IMG/VR virus record: IMGVR_UViG_3300031689_000003
Span: 1 to 60,325 of that record
Strand: one strand, 5' to 3'
DNA length: 60,325 nt
DNA from: a virus
Taxonomy: Duplodnaviria > Caudoviricetes
Below, in pieces: positions 6,735 through 16,800 of this stretch. The notes beneath the pieces are model-generated. The model had not been told where the DNA came from. It searched no databases and saw only the letters and a list, made by a program, of their open reading frames with translations. Both the position numbers and the translations under genes were made by a program. The first letter of the stretch is position 1, and every line of letters starts with the position of its first letter.

Positions 6735-7472
6735 ATGTTAGAAGATAAAATATTAGAGAAGTTAAGAGACGATAAGCAGTACTACGGTAAGTTTGGTAAA
6801 ACCTATATGAGTAATTCAGACATAGGAACTTTACTTAACAATCCTACAGAGTATGGAGTTAGTCTTCCTGACAATGCAAACTTTGCAAAAGGAAGATACT
6901 TTCATCAACTGATACTTGAACCATCTAAGGCGAAGGATGTAGTTTTTGTAAAATCCTCATCGAGGAATACTAAACTATACAAGGACTATATTGCAGAAGA
7001 AAATTTGGAATTTGCTTTATTAGAAAAAGAGGGAGAGGAAATCAGAGGTCTTGTAGATAAGATGATGAGTAACCTTGATATGTATGATATGATACGTGAC
7101 CCTAACAATGAGTATGAAGTACCTGCAATCGCAGAGATTAAGGGTAAGATGTGGAAAGGTAAGGCTGACATCGTAGGTAAGGATATGCTTTATGATATCA
7201 AAACAACATCCAAGATTTCAGATTTTAAATGGTCAGCATCTCGTTATAATTATGACTCGCAATGTTACATATATCAGAAGCTATTCAATAAGCCTCTTAT
7301 CTTTTTAGTAATTGATAAGCCTACGGGAATGATGGGTGTGTATAGACCAACTGAAGAGTTTATAAAGAGAGGTGAATTAAAAGTAGAGAAAGCTATAGAG
7401 GTACACGATACTTTTTTTAGTGAGAAATCAACTGAGGATATATCAGCATTTTATTATGATGAGTTTCTTTAG
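6735..7472 (+). CDS. PD-(D/E)XK exonuclease (RecE/DUF3799-like)
   Basis: SNSDI, GRYFHQLILEP, KGKADI...DIKTT, YNYDSQCYIY; adjacent to sak. Confidence 0.82.
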   Translation: MLEDKILEKLRDDKQYYGKFGKTYMSNSDIGTLLNNPTEYGVSLPDNANFAKGRYFHQLILEPSKAKDVVFVKSSSRNTKLYKDYIAEENLEFALLEKEGEEIRGLVDKMMSNLDMYDMIRDPNNEYEVPAIAEIKGKMWKGKADIVGKDMLYDIKTTSKISDFKWSASRYNYDSQCYIYQKLFNKPLIFLVIDKPTGMMGVYRPTEEFIKRGELKVEKAIEVHDTFFSEKSTEDISAFYYDEFL

Positions 7473-7617
7473 AAAATTAGTGTCTTTAAGGACACAAAGG
7501 CGTGTGTTATGGTTTAACGTTCCAATGAACTGCAACACTCGTAGGGAGAGAGAGATTCTAATCCTAAATACCATAGAACTATTGGAGCAAAATATAAACA
7601 TTACTAAAATCAATTAA
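7456..7617 (+). CDS. Small hypothetical protein
   Basis: 3' part of ORF 7420..7617 from the first ATG. Confidence 0.45.
   Translation: MMSFFRKLVSLRTQRRVLWFNVPMNCNTRREREILILNTIELLEQNINITKIN
7480..7495. repeat. 16-bp dyad motif copy 4
   Basis: GTGTCTTTAAGGACAC. Confidence 0.88.
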
Positions 7618-7619
7618 TT

Positions 7620-7919
7620 ATGTCACAAAACGTAGAAAAAGTATTTGCAGATGGATTCTCATTCAAGAGAAGAGAAGGTGCTCCCGAGTTTGTTATCGGT
7701 AGACAATCAATCAAGGTAGATGAAGCAGTAGCCTTCCTGAAAGCCAACGTAAAAAATGGTTGGGTAAACATAGATATCAAACAATCAAAGAAAGGAACTT
7801 TCTATTGTGAGTTAGATACTTGGGAAGCTAAGCCACAAACATCAGCACCTACAACTGCAGAACTTGCAGCGACTGCACCTGCACCTGCACCTACAACTGC
7901 AGATGATGTACCATTTTAA
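7620..7919 (+). CDS. Single-stranded DNA-binding protein (putative)
   Basis: Compact beta domain, A/P/T linker, acidic tail DDVPF; follows sak and exonuclease. Confidence 0.72.
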   Translation: MSQNVEKVFADGFSFKRREGAPEFVIGRQSIKVDEAVAFLKANVKNGWVNIDIKQSKKGTFYCELDTWEAKPQTSAPTTAELAATAPAPAPTTADDVPF

Positions 7920-7945
7920 CAAACAAGTTTAAGCTTGTTTTAATT

Positions 7946-7975
7946 GGGGAGGTTGTAAAAACCCTCCCCTTTTTT
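7946..7975 (+). terminator. Intrinsic terminator
   Basis: GGGGAGG...CCTCCCC followed by T6. Confidence 0.85.
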
Positions 7976-8010
7976 ATCTCTAATAGTGTGTCGTATTAAC
8001 CAAAACATTA

Positions 8011-8150
8011 ATCCCTACTACCACAAGGAAGATATACTATAATATTTTTTCTTTACATATTACATAGTAATAATAGACATTAACGGCATCTATACTGATT
8101 ATCAATTACTTACAACTATTTAATTAACATAAATCGACAACAAAATGACA
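8011..8150. repeat. Origin-like element copy A (homologous to 58857-59010)
   Basis: Shared blocks ATCCCTA, ATACTATAATATT, ATAGACATTA, WATCAATTASTTACAA, AAATCGACA. Confidence 0.65.
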
Positions 8151-10574
8151 TATAACGTCACAATCTTTAAGAATATCAAGGAAACTGAAGCACCTTTCCA
8201 CAGAGAACTATCTGTTGTGCTCAATAGAATAAAGGATGGAGCAACAAAAGACTTAGTAAAAAAGATTCGTATTGAGACTAACAAGTCTGAACGAAACGAA
8301 TTAAAAAAGAAATTACCTGCTATTTGTTTTAGTGGTGTATTCAATAAAAGAAATGATTCTTCACTAATGGAACATAGTGGAATTATTTGTTTGGACTTCG
8401 ATGGTTATCCAAAGAAGAAAATATTATTAGAACATAAAAACACCTTGACAAATAATAAGTTTGTATACTGCGTGTTTATATCTCCATCGGGAAATGGACT
8501 TAAAGTTTTAGTCAAAGTACCAACTGATGTAGATAATCATAAAAACTATTTCAATTCATTAGACAGACACTTTGCATCTGAATACTTCGACAAGATGTGT
8601 AGCAATGTATCTCGAGTTTGTTATGAATCATATGACCCTTTACTTCATATAAACGAAGATTCTCTTTTATGGGATAAGATAGAAGAGCCTGAGTATGTTG
8701 CAGTAGACCAATCAAGAGATGCACCAAGTATTCCAATTACAGACGAGAATAAAGTAGTAGAGATTTTAGTAAAATGGTGGTGTAAGAAATATCCAATGGT
8801 TGAAGGTCAACGAAACCAAAACGTTTTTATTCTTGCAATGGCATTCAATGACTATGGTATTAACAAGTCTCTTGCAGGATATGTTCTTGGTCAATACATA
8901 ACTGCGGACTTCACGCAGTCAGAGATTAATAGAACGATTGATTCAGCGTATGCAAATACATCAAACTTTGCAACTAAATACTATGAAGATGAAGAGAGAA
9001 TTAATTCTATAAAGACCAAGTTAAAAAGAGGAGTATCAAAAAAAGAAATTCGCTATCAGTTACAAGAGTCAAACATTGATAGCGAGACAATAGAGTCAGT
9101 ACTTAATCGTGTAGAGAAAGAAAATTCTGTTGCTAACTTTTGGACTAAGACAGACAAGGGAGTTATAAAGATAGTTCACGTATTATTCAAGCAATTCCTT
9201 GAAGATAATGGATACTATAAGTTTTGTCCCGAGGGAGGGAAAAGTTATGTGTTTGTATGTGTTACAAACAATTTAATATCTCATACATCAGAGAAAGAAA
9301 TAAAGGATTTTATACTTGGACACTTAATTGATTTGGATGACTTAAGTATTTACAATTACTTCGCTGATAATGTAAGGTACTTTAGAGAGGAATTCCTGAC
9401 ACTTCTTGGAACAATAGACATCTACTTCATCGCAGATACTAAAGAGTCTTCTTATCTATACTATAAGAATTGTGCGGTTAAGATAACTAAAGGTGGAATA
9501 GAGTCGATTGACTACTTAGACCTTGGAGGTTACGTTTGGAAAGACCACGTTATAGATAGAGTATTTACTGAATGTGTTATCGCAAGTGATTACAAGACAT
9601 TCATATCAAGAGTATGTGGAGATGATGAAGCAAGAGTAAAGACAATGGAATCAACGATTGGGTTTATGATGCACGGTTATAAAAATCTAAGCTATTGTCC
9701 TGCCGTTATATTAAATGATGAAATTATATCAGACAATCCCGAGGGTGGTACGGGTAAAGGAGTTTTTATGAATGCATTGTCTCAGATGAAAAAGGTAGTT
9801 ATTATAGATGGTAAGCAGTTTGCTTTTGAGAAAGCATTCCCTTATCAAACCGTATCTGCCGATTCTCAGATATTAGTATTTGATGATGTAAAGAAACACT
9901 TTGACTTTGAAAGATTGTTTTCAGTAGTAACTGAAGGGTTGACACTCGAAAAGAAAAATAAAGATGCAATCTCTATTCCGTTTTCTAAGTCACCTAAAAT
10001 TGCAATAACAACTAACTATGCTATAAAGGGTTCGGGTAATTCATTTGCACGTAGAAAGTGGGAGATAGAGTTATTCCAACACTATAACAAAAACCATACT
10101 CCTCTTGATGAGTTTAAGAAACATTTCTTTGCTGATTGGGATGATGAAGATTGGTGTGGGTTTGACAACTATATGATTTATTGTTTAAAGAATTACCTGT
10201 CTACAGGATTAGTCAAAGGAAAGTTTGTCAACTTAAAGGTAAGACAATTATCTGCTGAATCATCACACGATTTTATTGAATGGTGTGGGTTAGTTCAAGG
10301 CCATCAGCCACATACTTCATTGCAAATTAATGCAAAGATTATGAAGCAAGACTTATACTTCGACTTCATCGGAGAGTATCCTGACTACGGGCCGAAAGCT
10401 AAGATGACAATATCAAGAACTCGTTTTTATAAATGGTTGGTAAGTTATGCTTTGTTTACTACCGGGCAGCAACCGGAAGAAGGAAGAGACCCATCCGGTA
10501 GATGGATGATAATAAAGCCAAGAGTATTGCCAACTTCAACACAATCAGAAATGTTTGATGCAAATGGAAACTAA
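8145..10574 (+). CDS. Primase-helicase (BT4734/VirE-N-like primase domain, PriCT-1, P-loop helicase)
   Basis: KKKLPAICFSG, HSGIICLDFD, FISPSGNGLKVLV, NVSRVCYESYDP; EGQRNQNVFILA (PriCT); Walker A PEGGTGKG, Walker B ILVFDD. Confidence 0.88.
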   Translation: MTYNVTIFKNIKETEAPFHRELSVVLNRIKDGATKDLVKKIRIETNKSERNELKKKLPAICFSGVFNKRNDSSLMEHSGIICLDFDGYPKKKILLEHKNTLTNNKFVYCVFISPSGNGLKVLVKVPTDVDNHKNYFNSLDRHFASEYFDKMCSNVSRVCYESYDPLLHINEDSLLWDKIEEPEYVAVDQSRDAPSIPITDENKVVEILVKWWCKKYPMVEGQRNQNVFILAMAFNDYGINKSLAGYVLGQYITADFTQSEINRTIDSAYANTSNFATKYYEDEERINSIKTKLKRGVSKKEIRYQLQESNIDSETIESVLNRVEKENSVANFWTKTDKGVIKIVHVLFKQFLEDNGYYKFCPEGGKSYVFVCVTNNLISHTSEKEIKDFILGHLIDLDDLSIYNYFADNVRYFREEFLTLLGTIDIYFIADTKESSYLYYKNCAVKITKGGIESIDYLDLGGYVWKDHVIDRVFTECVIASDYKTFISRVCGDDEARVKTMESTIGFMMHGYKNLSYCPAVILNDEIISDNPEGGTGKGVFMNALSQMKKVVIIDGKQFAFEKAFPYQTVSADSQILVFDDVKKHFDFERLFSVVTEGLTLEKKNKDAISIPFSKSPKIAITTNYAIKGSGNSFARRKWEIELFQHYNKNHTPLDEFKKHFFADWDDEDWCGFDNYMIYCLKNYLSTGLVKGKFVNLKVRQLSAESSHDFIEWCGLVQGHQPHTSLQINAKIMKQDLYFDFIGEYPDYGPKAKMTISRTRFYKWLVSYALFTTGQQPEEGRDPSGRWMIIKPRVLPTSTQSEMFDANGN

Positions 10575-12027
10575 TGTAATAGAAAGACGAGTCGGCTTTT
10601 CAAATGAGATGATGTTTAATCAATGCTCTTTGTTAGCCGAAATCGTTAATAAAACAAAAGAGGTAAAGGTAGGTCGAGGCAAAAGTGTACAAGTAATTAC
10701 TCAAAAAATGTATACAACAAGTAGCGAGGCTATAGATAAAATAAACAGAAGCGTTCAACATTACAAAGAACTAATGGAATCTAAAGAAACAAAAATAAAA
10801 TTAAGAGATTATCAGAAACAAATTAGCAGAGATGGGTGCATAAAGTTATTCAGCAATGGATTTGTATATCTTGCTATGGAGGTAAGAACGGGAAAGACAC
10901 TAACAAGTTTAAGTATGGGTGTACTAATGGGATGTAAGAACGTATTGTTTGTTACAAAAAAGAAAGCTATCAGTAGTATTGAATCTGATTATAATCTTCT
11001 TGCTCCTGACTATAACATCACGGTAATAAACTATGAGAGCATACACAAATTACCCGAGTCGGGTAATTACGATTTAATAATTCTTGATGAAGCACATGGA
11101 ATGGGAGCGTTTCCTAAACCAAGCAAGAGGGCTAAACAAGTAAAAGATATTATTAAAAATTATAGCCCCTATGTTATTCTATTGTCGGGTACACCAACTC
11201 CCGAATCATATAGTCAGATGTATCATCAAGTGTATGGAATACCAAAGAATCCTTTTACATCCTTCAAGAATTTTTATAGGTTCTGTGATGAGTATGTTAA
11301 TGTAACCGACAGAAAGATAAATGGCCTAATGATTAGGGATTACTCTAAAGGTCTTGACAAAATTGTAGAAGCAATGAAGCCACATACAATTAGCTATTCT
11401 CAAAAAGAAGCAGGCTTTAAAGTAAATACTCGTGAGCATTTTATGTATGTACCAATGAGCGAATTAACTTATAAGTTAACGGCCAAGTTAAAAAGAGATT
11501 TAGTTATAGAGGGTAAGGAGGAAACTATATTAGCTGATACACCCGTAAAACTTATGATGAAGCTACATCAAATGTTCTCGGGAACGGTTAAGTTTGAGTC
11601 AGGCAACTCTACTATATTAGATTTATCTAAAGCAACACACATCTACGATAATTTTGGTGATGTTAAGATTGGAATCTTCTATAAGTTTAAGGAAGAACTT
11701 AAAGCTTTAATGCAAGTCTATGGAAAAGAAAACCTAACTACAGAACTTAGTGTCTTTGAAGACACAGAAAAATCTATTGCATTACAAATTGTTTCGGGAC
11801 GTGAGGGAATATCTTTACGAAAGGCAAAGGCTTTGGTGTACTACAATATAGACTTTAGTGCTACAAGCTATTGGCAATCAAGAGATAGAATGACAACTAA
11901 AGATAGATTAGAAAGTGATGTGTATTGGATATTTTCAGAGAACGGAATTGAAAAAGAAATCTACGCAGCGGTAAGCAAGAAGAAGGATTATACTGTTCGA
12001 CACTTTAAAAGGGATTTATTATCTTAG
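10555..12027 (+). CDS. SF2 (SNF2-like) helicase
   Basis: LRDYQ, MEVRTGKT, IILDEAH, LSGTP, SGREGISL, QSRDR. Confidence 0.88.
   Translation: MMQMETNVIERRVGFSNEMMFNQCSLLAEIVNKTKEVKVGRGKSVQVITQKMYTTSSEAIDKINRSVQHYKELMESKETKIKLRDYQKQISRDGCIKLFSNGFVYLAMEVRTGKTLTSLSMGVLMGCKNVLFVTKKKAISSIESDYNLLAPDYNITVINYESIHKLPESGNYDLIILDEAHGMGAFPKPSKRAKQVKDIIKNYSPYVILLSGTPTPESYSQMYHQVYGIPKNPFTSFKNFYRFCDEYVNVTDRKINGLMIRDYSKGLDKIVEAMKPHTISYSQKEAGFKVNTREHFMYVPMSELTYKLTAKLKRDLVIEGKEETILADTPVKLMMKLHQMFSGTVKFESGNSTILDLSKATHIYDNFGDVKIGIFYKFKEELKALMQVYGKENLTTELSVFEDTEKSIALQIVSGREGISLRKAKALVYYNIDFSATSYWQSRDRMTTKDRLESDVYWIFSENGIEKEIYAAVSKKKDYTVRHFKRDLLS
11750..11765. repeat. 16-bp dyad motif copy 5 (inside helicase CDS)
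   Basis: GTGTCTTTGAAGACAC, encodes SVFEDT. Confidence 0.9.
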
Positions 12028-12031
12028 CTAA

Positions 12032-12277
12032 ATGGCAACCGAGCAACAGATACAGAGTAAGAGAATTAAACAACTTGAAGAAGAGGGTTATTTTGTTCTC
12101 AAATTAATCAAAACAAATAAGAATGGAATCCCTGATATCCTTGCTATTCCTCCTGACTCCAATGTAATTTTTAGTGAAGTTAAAACACCTCAAGGTAGAC
12201 TATCCAAACTACAAGAGTACAGATTAAAAGAGTTAAAAAAATATGGATTTAGGACAGAAGTATATCGAGGAGAATAG
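12032..12277 (+). CDS. VRR-NUC domain nuclease / resolvase
   Basis: EQQIQ...GIPDILA...FSEVKTPQGRLSKLQ. Confidence 0.85.
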   Translation: MATEQQIQSKRIKQLEEEGYFVLKLIKTNKNGIPDILAIPPDSNVIFSEVKTPQGRLSKLQEYRLKELKKYGFRTEVYRGE

Positions 12278-12596
12278 GTTTCACATAGAAGAATGGTTTG
12301 CCGATAAAATGGTCGGGTTACCTTTTGATACCCAAACAGAAATTATATACTCTATTGCAACTAACGTTCACTCGTTTCCATTAGTGGAGGGTTGGACTCA
12401 AGAAATCTTTGGAGTTGTAAAAGAAGACCATTTATTTTATGCACTTGAATATCTAAATGAAAAGAACGGAATTCCTATTATTTGTGATATAAATTTTATC
12501 GAATCAGACGAATACTTAGACGCTATATTAAATAAAAATACAATTGAATCATATGAAATTAAAATTAAAAAGACATCAGTTCCCAAGAGAAGTTAA
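12243..12596 (+). CDS. Hypothetical protein
   Basis: ORF track. Confidence 0.55.
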   Translation: MDLGQKYIEENRFHIEEWFADKMVGLPFDTQTEIIYSIATNVHSFPLVEGWTQEIFGVVKEDHLFYALEYLNEKNGIPIICDINFIESDEYLDAILNKNTIESYEIKIKKTSVPKRS

Positions 12597-13116
12597 TCTT
12601 ATTGTAAAATTAACGAATGAAAGATTTGGAACGGACTTACAAACGAAAGGCAGAAAACGTAATAGTGTAAACGCACGAATGACTTGTTCTTACATACTTA
12701 GAAGAAGGGGTTTTACATTGACACAGATAGGAAGTTTTTTAGGTAGAGACCACGCTACTATATTGCATTACTTAAAGAATATAGAATGGTATATCAAAAC
12801 AGACTTACAGTTTAACAGAATGTTTACAGAGATAGAAGAAGACTTTAACAGTTCAGCTAATCCCGTGCACGTTATGGGTGTTGAGGAGTTAAAAAAGGAA
12901 GTTTTCTCTTTGAGAAACGAATTAAAAGAATTAGATTTGAGGTTAGAAGGACTAAAAATTGCTCAATCTACGGCTAAAGCAAAGAGTCTTCGAGTAGAAA
13001 GTATCTTTGAAATAGTTAGACAACGAACAAGATTAGGTACAGAAAAAGAAATAGAGAATAAATTACATCGATGGTTCAATGGTGTATACGATAAGCCAAC
13101 AGACCACATTCAATGA
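12544..13116 (+). CDS. DnaA C-terminal-like HTH protein 2 with coiled coil
   Basis: KGRKRNSVNARMTCSYILR...TLTQIGSFLGRDHATILH. Confidence 0.75.
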   Translation: MNHMKLKLKRHQFPREVNLIVKLTNERFGTDLQTKGRKRNSVNARMTCSYILRRRGFTLTQIGSFLGRDHATILHYLKNIEWYIKTDLQFNRMFTEIEEDFNSSANPVHVMGVEELKKEVFSLRNELKELDLRLEGLKIAQSTAKAKSLRVESIFEIVRQRTRLGTEKEIENKLHRWFNGVYDKPTDHIQ

Positions 13117-13117
13117 A

Positions 13118-13312
13118 ATGAAAAATAAAGCATCAGCGTACGATAAGGAAAGATTAAACCACATCAACAACCTGATGGATAATATCCACGACTGCACCGC
13201 AGAGATTTACGAATCATTAGTAGACAGAGAGTTCGAAGATTTAAAAGGTCAAATCCCTAATCTAATATCTCAGTTAAAGGAAATCCAAACATCCATAGAA
13301 GATGATATTTAG
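13118..13312 (+). CDS. Small acidic helical protein (probable start MKNKAS)
   Basis: 3' part of ORF 13079..13312. Confidence 0.55.
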   Translation: MKNKASAYDKERLNHINNLMDNIHDCTAEIYESLVDREFEDLKGQIPNLISQLKEIQTSIEDDI

Positions 13313-13320
13313 CAAACAAA

Positions 13321-13734
13321 ATGAGATTTGAATCGCAAGCAGACTTATCAAGAGAACGCAAAGCTATTACAACATTCGTTAATATATTTAAAGGTTCGTT
13401 TAAAAAACTTGACCCTAATGATATAGACTTTCGTGTGTTTGATAGTGAAGGAGATATGATTGCCTATGTTGAAGTTAAAGGTCGTTTAAAAAAATACAAA
13501 GATGCATTCCCTTTACCCGTAGCAGCACGTAAACTTGTGAAGTTAGCAGACAAAAGATTAAATCCCGTAATGATATGGGCTTGTGAAGATGGAATAGTAT
13601 ACTCTAAGGTCTGTCAATTAAATGGTAGCATAAGATGGGGAGGAAGGCCTCCACGTAAAGATGCTTACAATGACCAAGAGTTAATGATTTATTTTGACAA
13701 CACAAAAAACTTTAAGTACATACCTTATGCATAA
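13321..13734 (+). CDS. PD-(D/E)XK-fold nuclease-like protein
   Basis: IDFRV...AYVEVKGR motif. Confidence 0.6.
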   Translation: MRFESQADLSRERKAITTFVNIFKGSFKKLDPNDIDFRVFDSEGDMIAYVEVKGRLKKYKDAFPLPVAARKLVKLADKRLNPVMIWACEDGIVYSKVCQLNGSIRWGGRPPRKDAYNDQELMIYFDNTKNFKYIPYA

Positions 13735-13779
13735 AAATAAAAGAAAAATTATTATAGAATATATATTACTTATTGTTTT

Positions 13780-13807
13780 GAATGCCCTGCTTTTACACAC
13801 GGCATTC
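13780..13807. terminator. Possible terminator at the convergence of the two arms
   Basis: GAATGCC...GGCATTC inverted repeat between convergent genes; long loop. Confidence 0.4.
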
Positions 13808-13818
13808 ATTATTCTCTT

Positions 13819-16800
13819 TTAGTCTTGTCCGTAAAAGTCTTTGTACATTTGCTTTTGATATTTCTCATACTCTTTTATCTCATCACTTTTCGGAGGATAA
13901 TATTCCTTGTATAATTCAGGATAGAGTCTTCGCATCTGAGTCTTAGTCATTCCACCATTCTTCTTTGCTTTAACACCATAACCTGCACGATAAGATTTAG
14001 TAATACCTAACAAGTCATAAATATTATCATCAGAAAAATCACCTCCAAAAGTTTTACCTAATGCTATAGGAGCAGTTAATTGAGCACCAAGACCTAATTC
14101 TAATACGGGAGTTACTACTTTAGCTATGCTTCCCTCTCCCTTTGATGCTTCCGTAATTGCTTTTTCTGTTCTTTTAAACACAGTAAGAAATGGATTCACA
14201 CCTTCACTAACAGGTTTTCTGTTTCCCGTTGCTCTATTTACTGCTTCTTCTACTGCTGCACCAAATAAAGGTATCTGATAAACCAATGAAAGGCCTGATG
14301 CTGCAAGCATTACTTGTTTCATTGCCTCTCTTCTTTCTTCATCATCTCCTCTAAGTAATGCTCCTGAATATGAAGCTAAAGCAAACAATGCATTCGAGCC
14401 TGAATAAGCTAAAGCTAATGCTCTAAAATCTGATGCAGGTGCAACCTTACCTTCAGAAGCTAACTTCTGAATATTGTTGGAAGATATCATTACTTTATTC
14501 ATAAGTAAAAATAATGTACTTGCAAACATTGTAAAGAATCTACTACCCGTAGTAGTAGCCATTTGTAGTTGATTTTTTTCTGTATTCCTTCTTGTTTGTT
14601 GAGATGCATTATAATCATTAAACAATTCTGTTGCTTCTGCTAATGGCATTCCGTTTTTAATATCTCTATTGAAAGCTGCTTTGTACCCAAGTACACCCAA
14701 AATATCTCCCAATATTGTGAATACACCTGCTGCCGTGTCATATCCTCTAACTACTTTTCCTAAAATATCTTTCCTGTTTCTAAACTTAGGAGCACTTCTT
14801 TTACCACCTGATTCTAAACCAAATATATCACCCTCTAAACCTCTCTTAAGACGATTCCTAAATCCACCTGAAATTTTCTTTGCTTCCTTAATTTCATTAG
14901 GAAGATTTGCTAAAACAGAAGCATAATCTACCATCAACATAGTAAGGTCTAATCCCGGTATTTTCTTTTTACCTCTACCTCTATAGTTATATTTCTCAAA
15001 TCCAAGAATTGCAGACGATGCCTGCTTAACAGTCTGAATAGGTTTAAATGCTAATGCAAAACCTGTAAACCTACCTTGTATCCAACCTACTGCATCTTGG
15101 TCTAACTTAGGGCCTGACGTAGGATTGATTGCATAATTCAAAGTTGTAGCCAATAACTTTTTTAAACCCGTTTCTTCAAGTACAGTTTGAATCTCAGGTG
15201 ATTTTAATATTGTATTTAATTGTTTTACAGGAAGAGCGTAAGCTTTAAATCTCTCCATCTGCATGATGTGGTCTTCAAAAACTTCACTAAAATCAAAACC
15301 CAATTCAATGTCTGATGTTGTGTCAACTCTTTCTTTAAGAGCAGGTGAAAATTCTGCACTAAAAACCTTACTAAAGTCTCCACTTAGCATATCCGAACTA
15401 TTAATATCTCCACCTTGAGTTCTTGTAGGGAAATAATTATCTACTTTTGTAAGACTAATGTCATTTGATTGTATGTAAATATCATTAGTTTGTGTAAAGT
15501 AATCATTACTTAAGTAATCCATTACCATATCAGCCATCTTAATATTATCTTCTCCAACAAAATCACGTATCACCTTCAACTTTGCATCGGTGAACCCTTG
15601 CTTTCTAAGTTTATTTAACTGAACTTCGTTCTTAGATAATGCATAAATTCGTAAAGCCTTATCTTTCGTTATACCATATTCTTTATATTTTTGTTTTGTC
15701 TTTGCATTTAAAACATTATCTATTGATATAGACTCTTCACCTAAAGAATACTTCCATTTATTAAAAGTGTCAAATCCTATGGTCTGAGCCATAGCATCCA
15801 TATTATCTTCCTGAATAAATACACCCGTGTGATATGCTTCATCTGCAAGATTTAATCTTCTATAGAATGTATCGTTAAACATATTACCCGTTGTTCCTCT
15901 ATCTAAAACATTTGTAAGTGTTCCTAAGTGAACGATATTATTACGTATATATTTTTTAATACCTGTTGGAGAATACTTTAGGTCAGTTGTAAAATCAAAA
16001 AGGAATGCTCTAAGTGCTCCAAAGAAACCATTGTCTTCTAATGATTTTCTTATTGAGGCTCTTCTGTTTATAATTTCATTCCCTCCTAATAATGCTCCTT
16101 TATCCCCAAACAATTCGCTATATTGTCTTTTTATTTGAGTAACAAAATCTTCTTTTATCTTATCAGTTTGTTGCTTTCTTAACGCTCTTCTATTATTTAA
16201 TCTTGCAATAGCTTCTTTTGAAATTAGTTTAGCATCCTGTAATAATGATTCTACTTGATAGTAATCCATATTTATTATATCAGCATAGCTATCAAAAGCT
16301 AATTGCTTATCTAATAAAAATCTTTCTTCATTAGTAATCTCAATACCTTTTGCTATTTTATCTTGAAGTAATTCTATTGTATCTGTATTTATAGAATTTT
16401 TGTATGCCGTTAAGCCTGCAAAATCATTTGCAAGAACCATCTTAAAAACTTGAGCAGCATATGAAAAGTATTTTTGCCCTATAGCATCCACACCTTTACC
16501 TCTTGTCTTACCACTTTCTGTTTTCTTAAATTGAGATTTCTTTTTGACGAAAGTTTGTATGTCGTCAATCATTTTCATTCTAATCTTTTCCCTTACAACA
16601 ACTATTTGTTCCATTACCAAGAACGCTTTACCTTCAAAGTTTTTTGGATTTGTTGAGTTAATTAATCGTAAGAATTTTTCTACCTCTACTTTAGAATACT
16701 TTGTGTTCTTAGGTAAGAATTTTCTAATCAATACTCTCAATCGTTGTTGTGCAGCTACAATATTATCAGCACCTATTTTTTGTTGTCTAATATTATTTTT

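Noticed and set aside
2189-7495. Dyad repeats as a CRISPR array
   Set aside because: Only 16 bp, spaced by kilobases, mixed orientation, inside CDSs; no cas genes
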